From assembly GCA_964016885.1 (NCBI GenBank), contig OZ024742.1, positions 276,210,001 to 276,274,000 on the forward strand: a stretch of DNA of 64,000 bases, in the 5' to 3' direction. A program made the translations under genes and the position numbers. Shown here piece by piece: positions 63,961-64,000 of this stretch (its first letter is position 1; every line of letters begins with the position of its first letter). Below the pieces are notes generated by a model. That model was given only the letters and a program-made list of their open reading frames with translations. It was not told the DNA's origin and made no database searches. Source of the DNA: Eledone cirrhosa (Eukaryota).

Positions 63961-64000
63961 GAGAGAGAGTAAGAGAGAGAGAGTGTGTGTGTGTGTGTGT

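Overview
AT-rich, microsatellite-dense animal genomic DNA. The repeat landscape (RTE LINEs with (GAT)n tails, tRNA-derived SINEs, mariners, abundant (TA)n/(CA)n) resembles an octopus or other coleoid cephalopod; this is an inference, not verified. One host gene is present on the minus strand: a BMP type I receptor (BMPR1/ALK3-6/thickveins class). I reconstructed 8 coding exons with GT-AG junctions and consistent phase, covering TM, GS box and full kinase, with the stop at 24562-24564. The exons for the signal peptide and ectodomain must lie beyond the right edge. The kinase has a clean 4-aa deletion in the Smad-specificity L45 loop (ADIKG----TQL instead of ADIKGTGSWTQL) and an altered P+1 loop ([11 protein letters not shown]), while the catalytic residues are intact. 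Introns and flanks hold an apparently intact near-full-length RTE LINE with a PHD finger inside its RT, a mariner>RTE>RTE nest, several Tc1/mariner copies, R4/Dong and CRE remnants, a non-autonomous Helitron, MITEs and SINEs. There are several foldback palindromes; one contains a Penelope-type hammerhead ribozyme in the gene's sense orientation about 2.3 kb downstream of the stop codon. All coordinates were read by eye, and boundaries of decayed repeats are approximate.
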